Below are positions 50,936 through 61,405 of a stretch of DNA of 64,000 nt, piece by piece. The DNA lies in contig CAWJCS010000006.1 in NCBI GenBank assembly GCA_963841435.1, positions 224,001-288,000 of the forward strand, in the 5' to 3' direction. The DNA comes from an uncultured delta proteobacterium. GTDB taxonomy: Bacteria > Myxococcota_A > Polyangia > Polyangiales > Polyangiaceae. Position 1 is the stretch's first letter; each line of letters starts with the position of its first letter. Below the pieces are notes generated by a model. The model worked only from the letters and a program-made list of their open reading frames with translations, was not told where the DNA came from and did no database searches. The position numbers and the translations under genes are program-made.

Positions 50936-52777
50936 GTGTCGTGGGATAGCCGTCGCCCGGCGCGCGCTCTTGCCGCCTGCCTGCTCGCCTTCGTGTGGAC
51001 GATGGGCTGCGGCGAGAGCCAGCGTCAGGGTGGGTCCGCCCGAGCGACCGGCGGCTCCGGCGGCGCCGACGATGGGGGCAAGGGCGGTGCGGGCAGTGCG
51101 GGGACCGGTGTCGGCGGCAGTGCCGGCGGTGGCTCGGGCGGTGACATCTTCGTCGGGGAAGGGGGAATGGACGGTGCTTGCGAGCGCGAGGTCACGCTCC
51201 AAGCAGTGGTGCTCGGCGAGCCGGCACCGTTCGATCTCGTCATCGTGGCCGACCACTCCGATAGTCTCGCCTGGTCGCGCGACGAGCTGACGAGCGGCCT
51301 CCAGAACCTCTTGACCAACGTGCAGGGGCGCTCGGTGCGCGTCTTCTTGCTCACGCCGACGCAATACGGCGCTTCCAGCCAGGCCGCGAACACGGCGTTT
51401 TCCACCACCACCATCGTCGCGTGGCAGGATCCACTGACGCTCGAACCGTTCGAGAACGCCGTCACCGAGTACGTCGAGACGTGCACCGATCCGATGGGCA
51501 TGACGATCGACTGTCCCGAGCCCGCGAGCCAGGTGCTGCGCAGCGAGCATGGGACGTGGAACTTCCTCATACCGGAGCCGATTGCGGTGATCCGGCCGGA
51601 CATGACCGACGCCGAGTTCGCGGACGAGCAGGCCGCCGTCGCCGACGCGATTCTCGCGCTCGGCGGCAAGGGCTCGCCTCAAGAGCAACCGCTCTGCACG
51701 CTGGGTCGCTACGTGAGCCAGCGGGCAAGCATGCTCCCCAAGAATGCCGTGTTCGTCGTGATCAGCGATGAAGACGACGTGAGCGTGCCCGACGACTGCC
51801 TCGTGAGCTTCGACATGTCGATCCACGAGAACGTGACCCAGAGCGGCACGGAGCCCTGCAACGCCGACTGCGACGCCTACCGCTACGGGATGACGGGCGA
51901 CACCTACCTGAAGATCTACCCGTACACCTGCGCGGCATTCTCGGACAAGGGCGCGCGAATCGCCGGCAGCGAGCGAGGCGGCTGGCTCAACGTTCCGTCC
52001 ACCGAAGACTGCACGGGGCTCACGGGCGCCTGCTCTCCCGAGGAGGAAGCCGAGGCTGGAAAGTGGTGCGACAGCGGGCTCACCCTCGTCGAGTGCACGC
52101 GAGAGTGCACGCCCCGGGTGACGCGGTGCGAAGTCACGCTGAGTGACCCGAGCATCGACGCTTGCAACGAATCATTCAGCTACAATGGGCAGACGTGGGC
52201 GAATGTCGCGGCGTACTGCGCCACGCTCGGTACTGGATTTCGCGACTGCTCGGGCGGCGGCGTCAATTACGTGACCTCCACGAGCATCTCGGGCTCGCAA
52301 TCGCACCAAAATCTGATGCCGGGCTCGGACACGGGCGCCGTCGCCAAATACTTCACCTCGCAGGCCGAGGGTGTCTTCGGTGCCGGGCAGTATCTGGTCG
52401 AGGGCATCGTGTTCGATCCGCGCTTCGGCTGCCAGCTCGGCGCCGGCCAGAGCTACGCCACGAACATCGCCGCGGCGATCGGCGACTCGACGCACGTCTT
52501 TTCCCTCTGTGACGCCTACGCTCCCGCACTCGACGGCGTGCTCGACTTCGCCCAAGCGCTCATCGAGACCGAGTTCACGCTCACGCTGAAGGACGACGAG
52601 CACGTGACGGCCGTGGTCGTGATCGACAAGACGGGCTCGGAGCGGACCCTCACGACATCCCAGTACACCTTCGACGAAGCATCGGGGCACCTCAGCATCG
52701 ACAAAAGCGCGATCACCGCCGAGGATGCGAACCTGCGCGTCGAGGTGACCTCGGATTGCAGGCCAGTCGTGAAGTGA
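50936..52777 (+). CDS. Cys-rich vWA-like lipoprotein
   Basis: WTMGC lipobox, Gly linker, DLVIVADHSDS (DxSxS), VVISDEDD. Confidence 0.75.
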   Translation: MSWDSRRPARALAACLLAFVWTMGCGESQRQGGSARATGGSGGADDGGKGGAGSAGTGVGGSAGGGSGGDIFVGEGGMDGACEREVTLQAVVLGEPAPFDLVIVADHSDSLAWSRDELTSGLQNLLTNVQGRSVRVFLLTPTQYGASSQAANTAFSTTTIVAWQDPLTLEPFENAVTEYVETCTDPMGMTIDCPEPASQVLRSEHGTWNFLIPEPIAVIRPDMTDAEFADEQAAVADAILALGGKGSPQEQPLCTLGRYVSQRASMLPKNAVFVVISDEDDVSVPDDCLVSFDMSIHENVTQSGTEPCNADCDAYRYGMTGDTYLKIYPYTCAAFSDKGARIAGSERGGWLNVPSTEDCTGLTGACSPEEEAEAGKWCDSGLTLVECTRECTPRVTRCEVTLSDPSIDACNESFSYNGQTWANVAAYCATLGTGFRDCSGGGVNYVTSTSISGSQSHQNLMPGSDTGAVAKYFTSQAEGVFGAGQYLVEGIVFDPRFGCQLGAGQSYATNIAAAIGDSTHVFSLCDAYAPALDGVLDFAQALIETEFTLTLKDDEHVTAVVVIDKTGSERTLTTSQYTFDEASGHLSIDKSAITAEDANLRVEVTSDCRPVVK

Positions 52778-53040
52778 GGGCCGAGCCCGCCCGACGTGCG
52801 AGGGGCGGTACTCGACGTTGACGTTGGGAGACTAAGCTGGACCAACCGCTACACCGGGATCAGCTGCGCCCGCCCCGGGGGAACATGGTCGCTGCGAACC
52901 CCGCGAGACAATGCGCCGCCGTGAGGACGCGGTTGGGGCTCACCACCGTCCCGCTGCACTCGAGACTGACGCTCGGGCGTGACTCGCTCTCGGAGTGAGA
53001 TGCCCTGCGCCGCCGGATCATTCACTTTGGTGCGTGCGCG

Positions 53041-53214
53041 CTCGGGGACGCGTGCGACGCGCGGAGCGAGGGGAGCTTCGCGTGCAGCGAGGACGCGAGG
53101 AGCATCGTCAAGTGCTCGGGCGGCCATTTCGTCGCGGACGAGAGGTGCAAGGCGGGGACCGAGTGCCTGGCCGAGCCCAGCAGCACGCGCTGTGGTAAAC
53201 CTGAAAACGCATGA
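53041..53214 (+). pseudogene. 3' remnant of a Cys-rich protein gene
   Basis: LGDACDARSEGSFACSEDARSIVKCSGGHFVADERCKAGTECLAEPSSTRCGKPENA*; stop overlaps the next ATG; in-frame stop at 52996 upstream and no start. Confidence 0.5.
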
Positions 53215-53558
53215 TGCGCGCGGCCGCCGACCTCCTTGCCTTGCTCCGGGCGCTCGCGCTCGTGCTTGGCATGCAGCTTTCGGGTGTCGCGCACTTCGCG
53301 TCGGAGGCGGTGGAGGCGGTCGCGTCCGCGGACGTTCACCACGAGACATGCCCCGCGGACGGTCCGTGCGACGACTGCCCGCCCGGTTGCCCGCGGTGCC
53401 ACTGCTCGAACGGGCTCCGCTCCGTCGCGCCGGAAGCGAGCGCTCCGCTCGTGGGGACGCTCGAGTCGTCGGTCGAGCCGAGCCTCGCTCTCGCGCAGCA
53501 AAAGCCGCCGACTCCCGAGCTGCCGCTGCCCTTCCGCCCGCCTCGTCTCGCCGCGTGA
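53211..53558 (+). CDS. Small His/Cys-rich putative metal-binding protein
   Basis: Hydrophobic N-terminus; HHETCPADGPCDDCPPGCPRCHCS; C-terminal FRPPR. Confidence 0.75.
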   Translation: MMRAAADLLALLRALALVLGMQLSGVAHFASEAVEAVASADVHHETCPADGPCDDCPPGCPRCHCSNGLRSVAPEASAPLVGTLESSVEPSLALAQQKPPTPELPLPFRPPRLAA

Positions 53559-53735
53559 CCTGACGTCGCGGACCTCCGCGGCGCGCCGCGGCCCGACCAT
53601 CACGGGCCCCCAACCGCCAACCCGCTCTTCGCGAGTCCCGGTGCCTCGGCGCCGGTGGCTCCCACGTCTTCCCGGCGCCGGGGCCTCGCAGGCTCTCGGC
53701 ATGCCACTCCCCACTCATTACTCGGGAGTTTCCCC

Positions 53736-54932
53736 ATGTTCCATCGCTCTTGGGCCGTCGTTCTCACGGCGGCCATCGGGCTCCACGTCCCTGCGTGCCA
53801 ACGCACCGTGGAACCGAGCCACGACGACGCTCGCGAGGCCGCGCCCTCCACGAGCGCCGAGCCACCGCACGATCACGGCCACGAGAACCTCACGCGCCGG
53901 CTCGTCGTGACGAAGGAGGTCGTCGAGGCCGCCGGCATCACGGTGGCCGGCGTGAGGAAGGTCGCGCTGTCCGCCGCCCTGAGCCTGCCCGGAGAGGTGA
54001 GCGCGGATCCGGATCGCGTCGCCCGCATCTCCTCGCCCGCCGCCGGCCGCATCGAGGCCGTGAAATTCCGCGAGGGGGAGCGCGTGAAGAAGGGTGAGCC
54101 GCTCGTCGTGGTTCGGGTGCCGGAGCTCGCGAAGGTGCGGGCCTCATACCTGTCGAGCCTCGCGAAGGCGAAGTCGGCGCACGTGAACGCCACGCGCCAG
54201 CGCGCGCTGTTCAGCCAGGGGCTCACCGGCGAGCAGGAGGCGCTGAACGCGGAGACCGAGGCGGAGGCGCTCGACATCGAGGCGCGCTCGACGGCTCAGC
54301 AGCTCGGCGCGCTCGGCGCCGGAGCGGCGGGCTCGTATTCGATCACCGTCAGCTCGCCGCTCGACGGCATCGTCGTGTCGCGGGAGGCGGTCGTCGGTCA
54401 GCCGGCGATCGCCGAGCAATCGCTCGGTACGATCGCTGACCTTTCGGAGGTCTGGTTTCTCGCGCGCGTGTTCGAGAAAGACCTCGGGCAGCTCCGGACG
54501 GGCGCGCCGGCCGAGGTGCACCTGAACGCCTACTCGGGCGAGCACTTCGCGGGCACGGTCGAGTACGTCGGCCAGCAGATCGATCCGGTGGCGCGCACCG
54601 TGACGGCGCGCGTCCGGCTCGAAAACCCGAAGGGCCTCTTGCGGCTGGGGCTGTTCGGCACCTGCCAGGTGTCGATCGCCGGCGCCGAAGCGGCAGGGAC
54701 GAAGCTCGTCGTCGCGCACGAGAGCGTCACGGATGTCGGCGGGAAATCGGTCGTGTTCGTGCGAGAGAAGGACGGCGCCTACGAGCTCCACGAGGTGACG
54801 CTCGGGCGCGAGGCGCTCGGCAAGGTGGAGGTGCTGGGAGGCCTGCGCGAGGGCGAGGAGGTCGTCACCGACGGGGTCTTCACGCTGAAGAGCCTGGTGC
54901 TGAAGGGCTCCTTCGCCGAAGAGGAGCACTGA
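53736..54932 (+). CDS. czcB: CzcB/CusB-type RND periplasmic adaptor
   Basis: HDHGHE; ISSPAAGRI..GERVKKGEPL; IADLSEVW; IDPVARTV. Confidence 0.9.
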   Translation: MFHRSWAVVLTAAIGLHVPACQRTVEPSHDDAREAAPSTSAEPPHDHGHENLTRRLVVTKEVVEAAGITVAGVRKVALSAALSLPGEVSADPDRVARISSPAAGRIEAVKFREGERVKKGEPLVVVRVPELAKVRASYLSSLAKAKSAHVNATRQRALFSQGLTGEQEALNAETEAEALDIEARSTAQQLGALGAGAAGSYSITVSSPLDGIVVSREAVVGQPAIAEQSLGTIADLSEVWFLARVFEKDLGQLRTGAPAEVHLNAYSGEHFAGTVEYVGQQIDPVARTVTARVRLENPKGLLRLGLFGTCQVSIAGAEAAGTKLVVAHESVTDVGGKSVVFVREKDGAYELHEVTLGREALGKVEVLGGLREGEEVVTDGVFTLKSLVLKGSFAEEEH

Positions 54933-54935
54933 GCG

Positions 54936-57900
54936 ATGGCGCTTTTTCGCGCCATCGTGCGCTGGTCGCTCGGGAACCGCCCGGCGGTCGTGCTGCTCGC
55001 CCTGCTCCTCACGTTGCTCGGCGTGCATGCCGCCGTACGGTTGCCGATCGACGCGCAGCCGGACGTCACGAACGTCCAGGTACAGATCATCACGTCGGCC
55101 CCCGCGCTCTCTCCGGTCGAGGTCGAGCAGTACGTCACCGTGCCCGTGGAGCGCGCGATGGCCGGCATCCCGCGGACGACGGAGGTGCGCTCGATCTCGA
55201 AGTACGGCCTGTCCGTCGTCACCGTGAGCTTCGAGGACGGCACGGACACGTACTTCGCGCGGCAGCTCGTGAGCGAGCGCATGCCGGAGGCCGGCGAGGC
55301 CGTCCCCGCCCAGTACGGCCGCCCCGAGATGGGGCCGATCTCGTCCGCGCTCGGCGAGGTCTTTCAGTTCACGGTGGAGAACCCGAAGCTTACCCCCATG
55401 CAGCTCGAGGAGCTCCTCGACTGGCAGATAGGTCCGGTCCTCCGCACGGTGCCGGGGGTGGTCGAGGTGAACAGCTTCGGCGGGGAGGACCGGCAGTACC
55501 AGGTGGTGCTCGACCCGAAGCGCCTGCAGGCGACGGGCATCTCCGTGGCGGAGGTGATCGCCGCGCTCGAGCGCTCGAACGCGAACGCCGGCGGCGGCTA
55601 CATCGAGCACGCGCGCGAGCACTTCGTGATCGGCACGACGGGCCTCGTGAAGAGCCTCGACGACCTGAGGAACGCCGTCATCGGCGCGACGACGCAAGGC
55701 ATCCCGATCACCGTCGCGACCGTCGGGGACGTGAAGTTCGGGCCCCGTCTGCGCCGCGGCGCCGCCTCCAAGGACGGTGAGGGCGAGGTGGTCGTCGGGG
55801 TTGCGTTGATGCTGCTCGGGGAAAACTCCCGCACGGTGACGCTCGCGGTGAAGGACAAGCTCGCGGCGCTGAAGCCGTCCCTGCCCCCCGGCACGAAGGT
55901 GGAGGCGTTCTACGACCGCTCGGCGCTGGTCGACCGCACCATCCGGACCGTCGCCACGAACCTGCTCGAAGGCGCGCTGCTCGTCGTCGGCGTGCTCTTC
56001 TTGCTGCTCGGCAACGTCCGAGCCGGGCTCGTGGTGGCGGTCACCATCCCGCTCTCCCTGCTCGTCGCCGTCATCGCCATGAACGGGCTCGGGTTGTCGG
56101 GAAACCTGATGAGCCTCGGCGCGATCGACTTCGGGCTCATCGTCGACGGCGCCGTCATCATCGTCGAGAACGCGGTCCGCCGGCTCTCCGAGCGGCGGCG
56201 AGAGCTCGGGCGCGACCTCGAAGGGCCCGAGCGCCTGGCGCTCGTGGAGACGTCGACGCTCGAGGTGAGCTCCGCGAGCGTCTTCGGCGTCGCGATCATC
56301 GCCATCGTCTACGTGCCGGTGCTCGCGCTCACCGGCATCGAGGGCAAGCTATTCGGCCCGATGGCGACGACCGTGCTGCTCGCGCTCGGCGGCGCCTTCG
56401 TGCTGTCGCTGACGCTGGTTCCGGTGCTGACGAGCTACTTCGTCCGCCCCACCGCGGCCGAGCACGAGACGTTCTTGCTCCGCCTCGCGGCTCGGGCGTA
56501 CAGCCCCGCGCTCGCCTTCGCGATGCGGCGACGCGTCGCCACGGTTGGCGCTGCGGTCGTCGTGGTCGCGGCCGCGGCGGCCCTGTTCACGCGCGTGGGC
56601 GCCGAGTTCGTGCCGAAGCTCGACGAGGGCGACGTGCTGGTCGAGGCCCGGCGGCTCCCAGGCGTCGCGCTGACGGAATCCGTCGCGACGGACGCGCGGA
56701 TGCAGAAGGCGATCCTGACGGTCCCCGAGGTGTCACACGTCGTCAGCAAGACGGGCGCTCCCGAGCTCGCGACCGACCCGATGGGCATCGAGCAGACGGA
56801 CGTTTACATCGCCCTCCGGGACCGGAGCGCGTGGCGCGCCGGCGTCACCAAGGAGGACCTGGCCGGCGAGATCTCCGCGGCGCTCGAGCGCTCCGTGCCC
56901 GAGGTCGCGGTCGGCATCTCGCAGCCGATCGAGATGCGCACGAACGAGCTCGTCGCGGGCGTTCGCTCCGACGTGGCGGCCCTCGTCTACGGCCCGGACC
57001 TCGACGAGCTCGGCCGCCTGGGGGAGCGCGTCGCCCGGGCGCTGCGCGGCGTCCCCGGGGCGGAGGAGGTACGCGTCGAGCAGGTCGCGGGGCTGCGCTA
57101 CCTCGTGATCGACCCCGACCGGCAAAAGCTCGCCCGCTACGGCCTCGCCGTCGCGGACGTGAACCAAATCACGGAGACGATCGCCGTCGGCCACCACGTC
57201 GGCGACGTGCTCGAGGCCGAGCGGCGTTTCGGCATCGTGGTCAAGACGGACCACGGCTACGCTGGCGACCTCGGCGCTCTGCTCTCCCTTCCGCTCCGCT
57301 CGGTGAGCGGGCAGGTGGTTCCGCTCGGCGACGTGGCGCAGGCCCGTTTCTCGACCGGCCCCGCTCAGATCAGCCGCGACAGCCAGTCGCGCCGCATCAC
57401 CGTCGAGTTCAACGTCGAGGGTCGCGATCTCCTCTCCGTGGTGCACGACGCGCAGGCGGCCGTGGGGCGCGCCGTGAAGGTGCCGACCGGCTACCGCGTC
57501 GAATGGGGCGGCCAGTTCCACCACTACGAGGAGGCGCGCTCCCGCCTCGCCGTCGTCGTGCCGCTCGCGCTCGCGCTGATCGCGTTCCTTTTGTGGATGG
57601 CGCTCGACGACGTCCGCCGCGCGCTCGTGATCCTCCTGAATGTGCCCTTCGCGGTGGTCGGCGGCGTCGTCGCGCTCTACTTGCGCGACATCCCGTTCTC
57701 GATCTCGGCGGGTGTCGGCTTCATCGCTCTGTTCGGGGTCGCCGTGTTGAACGGCCTCGTCCTCATCGCCTTCGCCGATCAGCTCGAGAAGTCCGGCGCG
57801 CCGCCCACGCTCGCCATCCAGAAAGCCGCCGAGCTCCGGCTCCGCCCGGTCCTCATGACCGCGCTCGTCGCCTCGCTCGGCTTCGTCCCCATGGCGCTCT

Positions 57901-58046
57901 CCACCGCCCCCGGCAGCGAGGTCCAGCGCCCGCTCGCCACGGTCGTCATCGGCGGCCTGATCACCGCGACCCTGCTCACCTTGCTCGTGCTTCCGACCGT
58001 CTACTCCCTCGCGGCACGACGGCGTGGGGGCCCAGGAGGGGGGTAG
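54936..58046 (+). CDS. czcA: CzcA/CusA heavy-metal RND permease
   Basis: PIDAQPDVTNVQVQ, SLGAIDFGLIVDGAVIIVEN, RLRPVLMTA, GSEVQRPLA. Confidence 0.96.
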   Translation: MALFRAIVRWSLGNRPAVVLLALLLTLLGVHAAVRLPIDAQPDVTNVQVQIITSAPALSPVEVEQYVTVPVERAMAGIPRTTEVRSISKYGLSVVTVSFEDGTDTYFARQLVSERMPEAGEAVPAQYGRPEMGPISSALGEVFQFTVENPKLTPMQLEELLDWQIGPVLRTVPGVVEVNSFGGEDRQYQVVLDPKRLQATGISVAEVIAALERSNANAGGGYIEHAREHFVIGTTGLVKSLDDLRNAVIGATTQGIPITVATVGDVKFGPRLRRGAASKDGEGEVVVGVALMLLGENSRTVTLAVKDKLAALKPSLPPGTKVEAFYDRSALVDRTIRTVATNLLEGALLVVGVLFLLLGNVRAGLVVAVTIPLSLLVAVIAMNGLGLSGNLMSLGAIDFGLIVDGAVIIVENAVRRLSERRRELGRDLEGPERLALVETSTLEVSSASVFGVAIIAIVYVPVLALTGIEGKLFGPMATTVLLALGGAFVLSLTLVPVLTSYFVRPTAAEHETFLLRLAARAYSPALAFAMRRRVATVGAAVVVVAAAAALFTRVGAEFVPKLDEGDVLVEARRLPGVALTESVATDARMQKAILTVPEVSHVVSKTGAPELATDPMGIEQTDVYIALRDRSAWRAGVTKEDLAGEISAALERSVPEVAVGISQPIEMRTNELVAGVRSDVAALVYGPDLDELGRLGERVARALRGVPGAEEVRVEQVAGLRYLVIDPDRQKLARYGLAVADVNQITETIAVGHHVGDVLEAERRFGIVVKTDHGYAGDLGALLSLPLRSVSGQVVPLGDVAQARFSTGPAQISRDSQSRRITVEFNVEGRDLLSVVHDAQAAVGRAVKVPTGYRVEWGGQFHHYEEARSRLAVVVPLALALIAFLLWMALDDVRRALVILLNVPFAVVGGVVALYLRDIPFSISAGVGFIALFGVAVLNGLVLIAFADQLEKSGAPPTLAIQKAAELRLRPVLMTALVASLGFVPMALSTAPGSEVQRPLATVVIGGLITATLLTLLVLPTVYSLAARRRGGPGGG

Positions 58047-58254
58047 GCGGGGAGTTTTTGCGGAGCGACTCGAGCGTCACCGAAGCGAACCAATCGTCCG
58101 CGGAGCGGGCCCGGGCGTCGTTGGAGCGAACCGAGCGTCATCGGTGCAAGTCCTGACGACACGGCTTGCAGTTTCGGCTTAAGCGCCCCCTGTGGGCCGA
58201 GCGTGGAGATGTTGGAGAAGGCAGAAAATCGGATTCCAAGCAGCTGAAATCGTT

Positions 58255-58287
58255 GTGGAGGCGCCGGGAATTGCACCGTCGCATATG
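58255..58287 (-). repeat. att-like copy of the tmRNA 3' end (33 bp; 1 mismatch to 62027-62059)
   Basis: Plus strand GTGGAGGCGCCGGGAATTG is identical to 62161-62179 and is followed by CACCGTCGCATATG. Confidence 0.92.
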
Positions 58288-58431
58288 CGGGCCCAGGTGG
58301 CGCAGCTCATCGAGGACCTCGACCGCCTGCCGCGCCGGGTAGCACGGAGGGTGTTGACCGAGGCGGACGCGGCGCTGCTGCAGGCGGTTCTCAGCGACGA
58401 GTTCGACTGATTTGCCTCGTGTCGGGGGCGC

Positions 58432-58785
58432 TCAGCCAGCTCTCCAGTTGTCGATGACCATCTCGTACCCGACGGCGCGCACATGCTCAAAATGGGTGAC
58501 GTTGCCGGTGACGATCGGCAAATCGGCGTTGATTCGACCGGCCAGGCGCCCAGCCGCATCGTCGAAGGGCAGAACTTCCGCGGCCGCCAGGGACGCCTCG
58601 AAGTGAGCCACGCGATCTTCGCGCCCCATCCGTCGAAAGCCGTAGACGATCTCGGCCACCGTAACGGCCAACGTCGTGAACCGTCCGTGTTGTGCCAGAT
58701 ACGCCGCGGCTCTTGCTGCAACGGCAGCGTCCTTGTCCTTGATGATCTCTGAGAGGATGTCGGTGTCGAGCAAACGCCTACTCAT
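58432..58785 (-). CDS. vapC: VapC PIN-domain toxin with apparent internal in-frame deletion
   Basis: LLDTDILS, TVAEIVYG, VLPFD, IVTGN..HF; the usual DxLIAA helix is absent. Confidence 0.85.
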   Translation of the reverse strand: MSRRLLDTDILSEIIKDKDAAVAARAAAYLAQHGRFTTLAVTVAEIVYGFRRMGREDRVAHFEASLAAAEVLPFDDAAGRLAGRINADLPIVTGNVTHFEHVRAVGYEMVIDNWRAG

Positions 58786-59026
58786 CGATCGTCCGCATGC
58801 TAGCGGTGGTCCGCGCCTGGTAGACGAGCGAACACATTTGGTTAACGAGTTCCGGCTCGTCTGCCATTAGTCCAAGCAGCGAAGGTACAGGGGACGCACC
58901 GACCGGCGGCGGCTTGGGTGTATCCTGGTCAGCGTCGTGCACGGCGCGCTCGATGAGTCGGCGACGCTCGTCGAGCGGCAGACGACGAATCGCAGCGAGG
59001 ATCTCGTCTGTGCTGGGGGAGGCCAC
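58778..59026 (-). CDS. Putative antitoxin
   Basis: 82 aa, 8-bp overlap upstream of vapC; IRRLPLDERRRLI, SLLGLMADEPEL. Confidence 0.75.
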   Translation of the reverse strand: MASPSTDEILAAIRRLPLDERRRLIERAVHDADQDTPKPPPVGASPVPSLLGLMADEPELVNQMCSLVYQARTTASMRTIDE

Positions 59027-59357
59027 GGCTTAGTATAGCGTCCGCCGAGAGCTCGGAAAGCCGGGCTGAAAACGCTTCGTTTCAGGCTTAGGCCCCTGGC
59101 GTTGGCCCATGCAGACGCTGGTGGCTTGCCTACGGCAGGCTAGGATGCCGATTTCGGGCAAGGGTGACGATGACGGCGACGTCGGCACGACGCTCCTGGT
59201 GCAGCCACCAGACGAGAGTCTGGGCGGTGGTACCTTGCCCATGGATCGCACCGTTCCCACAGGCGGGCGCGGCTGCATCGTCGCGACGACTTGCTCCAGG
59301 ACCGCATCGGCAGACACCAGCTCTTGTCCGGCTGCAGTGGTCTCGCCGGTTGGGTCC

Positions 59358-59624
59358 TTGACGTTGACAGCCGCGTTGGACCTGCACGACTTCGTGATCG
59401 AGGTGGAGTTCGCCGACGGGATGGCTGGCGAGTACGATCTTTCGCCGTTGTTCGCCAAGAACACGGTGCTGACCCGGCCGTGGGTGGATGCCGATTACTT
59501 CAAGCGGTTCATGATCGATCTCGGTGCGCTCGGCTGGCCCAACGGGCTCGAGCTCGGCCCCGAGACGATTCGGCGACGGCTCGAGGAGCAAGGCAAGCTC
59601 CATCGGTCCCAACGCGTCGCCTGA
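59358..59624 (+). CDS. DUF2442-family protein; N-terminus possibly truncated
   Basis: IEVEFADG..YDLSPL...YFKRF..LGWPNGLELGPETI. Confidence 0.8.
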   Translation: MTLTAALDLHDFVIEVEFADGMAGEYDLSPLFAKNTVLTRPWVDADYFKRFMIDLGALGWPNGLELGPETIRRRLEEQGKLHRSQRVA

Positions 59625-59843
59625 GGAGGCCGTGGCGCGCCACGCGCGCAAGTGGGCGGGCGGAGCAGGACGTTGTTCCGCTCCCTCACCCTCCCACCTC
59701 CCGTTGCTTTCCATGGCCGACAATCCCTCAGCCGCAATTGCTCGAGGCGTATACCGCCGGGTGTTCGGTTTCGGCAGAGCTGCTAACCTTCCCCGACCGT
59801 GGTGGAAGGACCTCCCGCGCTCAGGACAAGGGCTGTCGGCGCC

Positions 59844-61238
59844 GTGAGACCGGCCTTGTACCTCGCCGCGCTCGCGCTCGGCGCTCTCTCGGCGCTCGGG
59901 GGTTGCGCGGACAAGTCGGCAGCAGACGACGACGCGCCGCACGCTGCGCGCAGTGGCGCCGGGGCGGCGGGTGCGGCCGCGGGCAGGGGTGGAGGCGCCG
60001 GCTCCGCGCCCCTCGCGGGCGGCGGTGGAGGCTCGGGTACCGGCGGCGTCGCCGGCGCGGCGGGCTCGGCCACGGCGGGCGGCGGGGGCACGGTGTGGGC
60101 GGGCGCGTCTGGGGGCGGCGGCGAGGGCGGCGGCGAGGGCGGAGAGAGCGCCGGCGGCATCGGCCCCGCAGGCGCGGGCGGCGCCGGGCCGGACGAGGGA
60201 GTCTGTGATGGCGACTTCCAGATCAACACGCTGGACCAGTTCGCCGAGTTCTCGGCGCGGCACTGCCGCGTCGTGACGGGAAACCTCGCGATCGCGATCG
60301 TGGACGGGCTCGAGGATATGACGGGCCTCGAGAGCTTGGAGGAAGTTCAGGGCACCGCTTCTATCGGCTACGACCCGGATCTCGGCTCGCTCGTCGGCCT
60401 GGGCAATCTGCACCGCGTCGATATCCTCAACATCGGTGATAGCCCCATCCTTGCGAGCCTTGTCGGGCTCGAAGGCCTCGAACAGGTGCGGCACTTCTAC
60501 CTGACTCGCCTCCCGCACCTCCTCGATCTCTCGGGCCTCGACGGCCTCAAGACCATCACGGGGTCCCTCATCATCGACGAGGCCCCGTCGCTCCAGAGCT
60601 TCGAGGGTCTGAGCTCGATCGAGTCGATGATGGGGCTCGTCGTCCAGTCCTGTGCGTCGTTGCCGGATTTCACGGGGCTCGAGCGACTGAGCGAGCTGTC
60701 GATCGTGTCTGGCCCGAATCCGTCACTCACGTCGCTAGCCGGGCTCGAGTCGCTGGTCAACGCGAACATCGGAGTCGAGGACAGCCCGCTACTCACCGAC
60801 ATCTCGGCGCTTTCGGGTCTACAGGACGCCGAATTCGTGGTGTTCCGGAACGTGGGGCTTTCGGATCTGTCGGGGCTGGAGAGCTTGGTGTCGGCGCATG
60901 CGATCCAGCTGTCGAAGAACGAGCAGCTGGTGGATCTTTCGGGGCTCGAGAATCTGACCGAGATCCGTTCGAATTTGCAGGTGATCGACAATCCGGTGGT
61001 CCAGAATCTGGATGCGCTCGGGTCGGTGACGAGTATCCCGCAGGGGGTTTGGATTTCGGGCAATGCCGAGCTGGAGCATCTCGGGCTCGGTGCGCTGACG
61101 CAGGCGGGGACGTCGTTCCAGGTTTACGACAACCCGAAGCTGCCAGAGTGTCAGGTGGACGAGCTGCTACAGCAGATTGGGATCACGTGTCCGATCAATG
61201 CGTGCAGGGGGAATGACACGGCGGGGACGTGTCCATGA
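59844..61238 (+). CDS. Receptor L-domain/LRR-like lipoprotein
   Basis: ALGGC lipobox, Gly linker, repeated LxGLExL..L.I..NPxL; NPKLPECQV cap. Confidence 0.85.
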   Translation: MRPALYLAALALGALSALGGCADKSAADDDAPHAARSGAGAAGAAAGRGGGAGSAPLAGGGGGSGTGGVAGAAGSATAGGGGTVWAGASGGGGEGGGEGGESAGGIGPAGAGGAGPDEGVCDGDFQINTLDQFAEFSARHCRVVTGNLAIAIVDGLEDMTGLESLEEVQGTASIGYDPDLGSLVGLGNLHRVDILNIGDSPILASLVGLEGLEQVRHFYLTRLPHLLDLSGLDGLKTITGSLIIDEAPSLQSFEGLSSIESMMGLVVQSCASLPDFTGLERLSELSIVSGPNPSLTSLAGLESLVNANIGVEDSPLLTDISALSGLQDAEFVVFRNVGLSDLSGLESLVSAHAIQLSKNEQLVDLSGLENLTEIRSNLQVIDNPVVQNLDALGSVTSIPQGVWISGNAELEHLGLGALTQAGTSFQVYDNPKLPECQVDELLQQIGITCPINACRGNDTAGTCP

Positions 61239-61405
61239 GATGCGCGGAGTCTCTCAAGCCCACATGATCGTTCGCTGACGGATCAACTCGTTCGCACGGC
61301 GTAGTGTGCCCAAACCAGATCACCCGGAGATTGCGGCCAGCATCGCCGAGCTCCTCGACGCGAGACCGACCACTGCGAGAGTTTCATGCCGTTGAATTGA
61401 AGCCG

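Noticed and set aside
59989-60001. GTGGAGGCGCCGG as another att copy
   Set aside because: Only 13 bp, inside a Gly-Gly-Ala-Gly coding linker, and lacks the GAATTG continuation.
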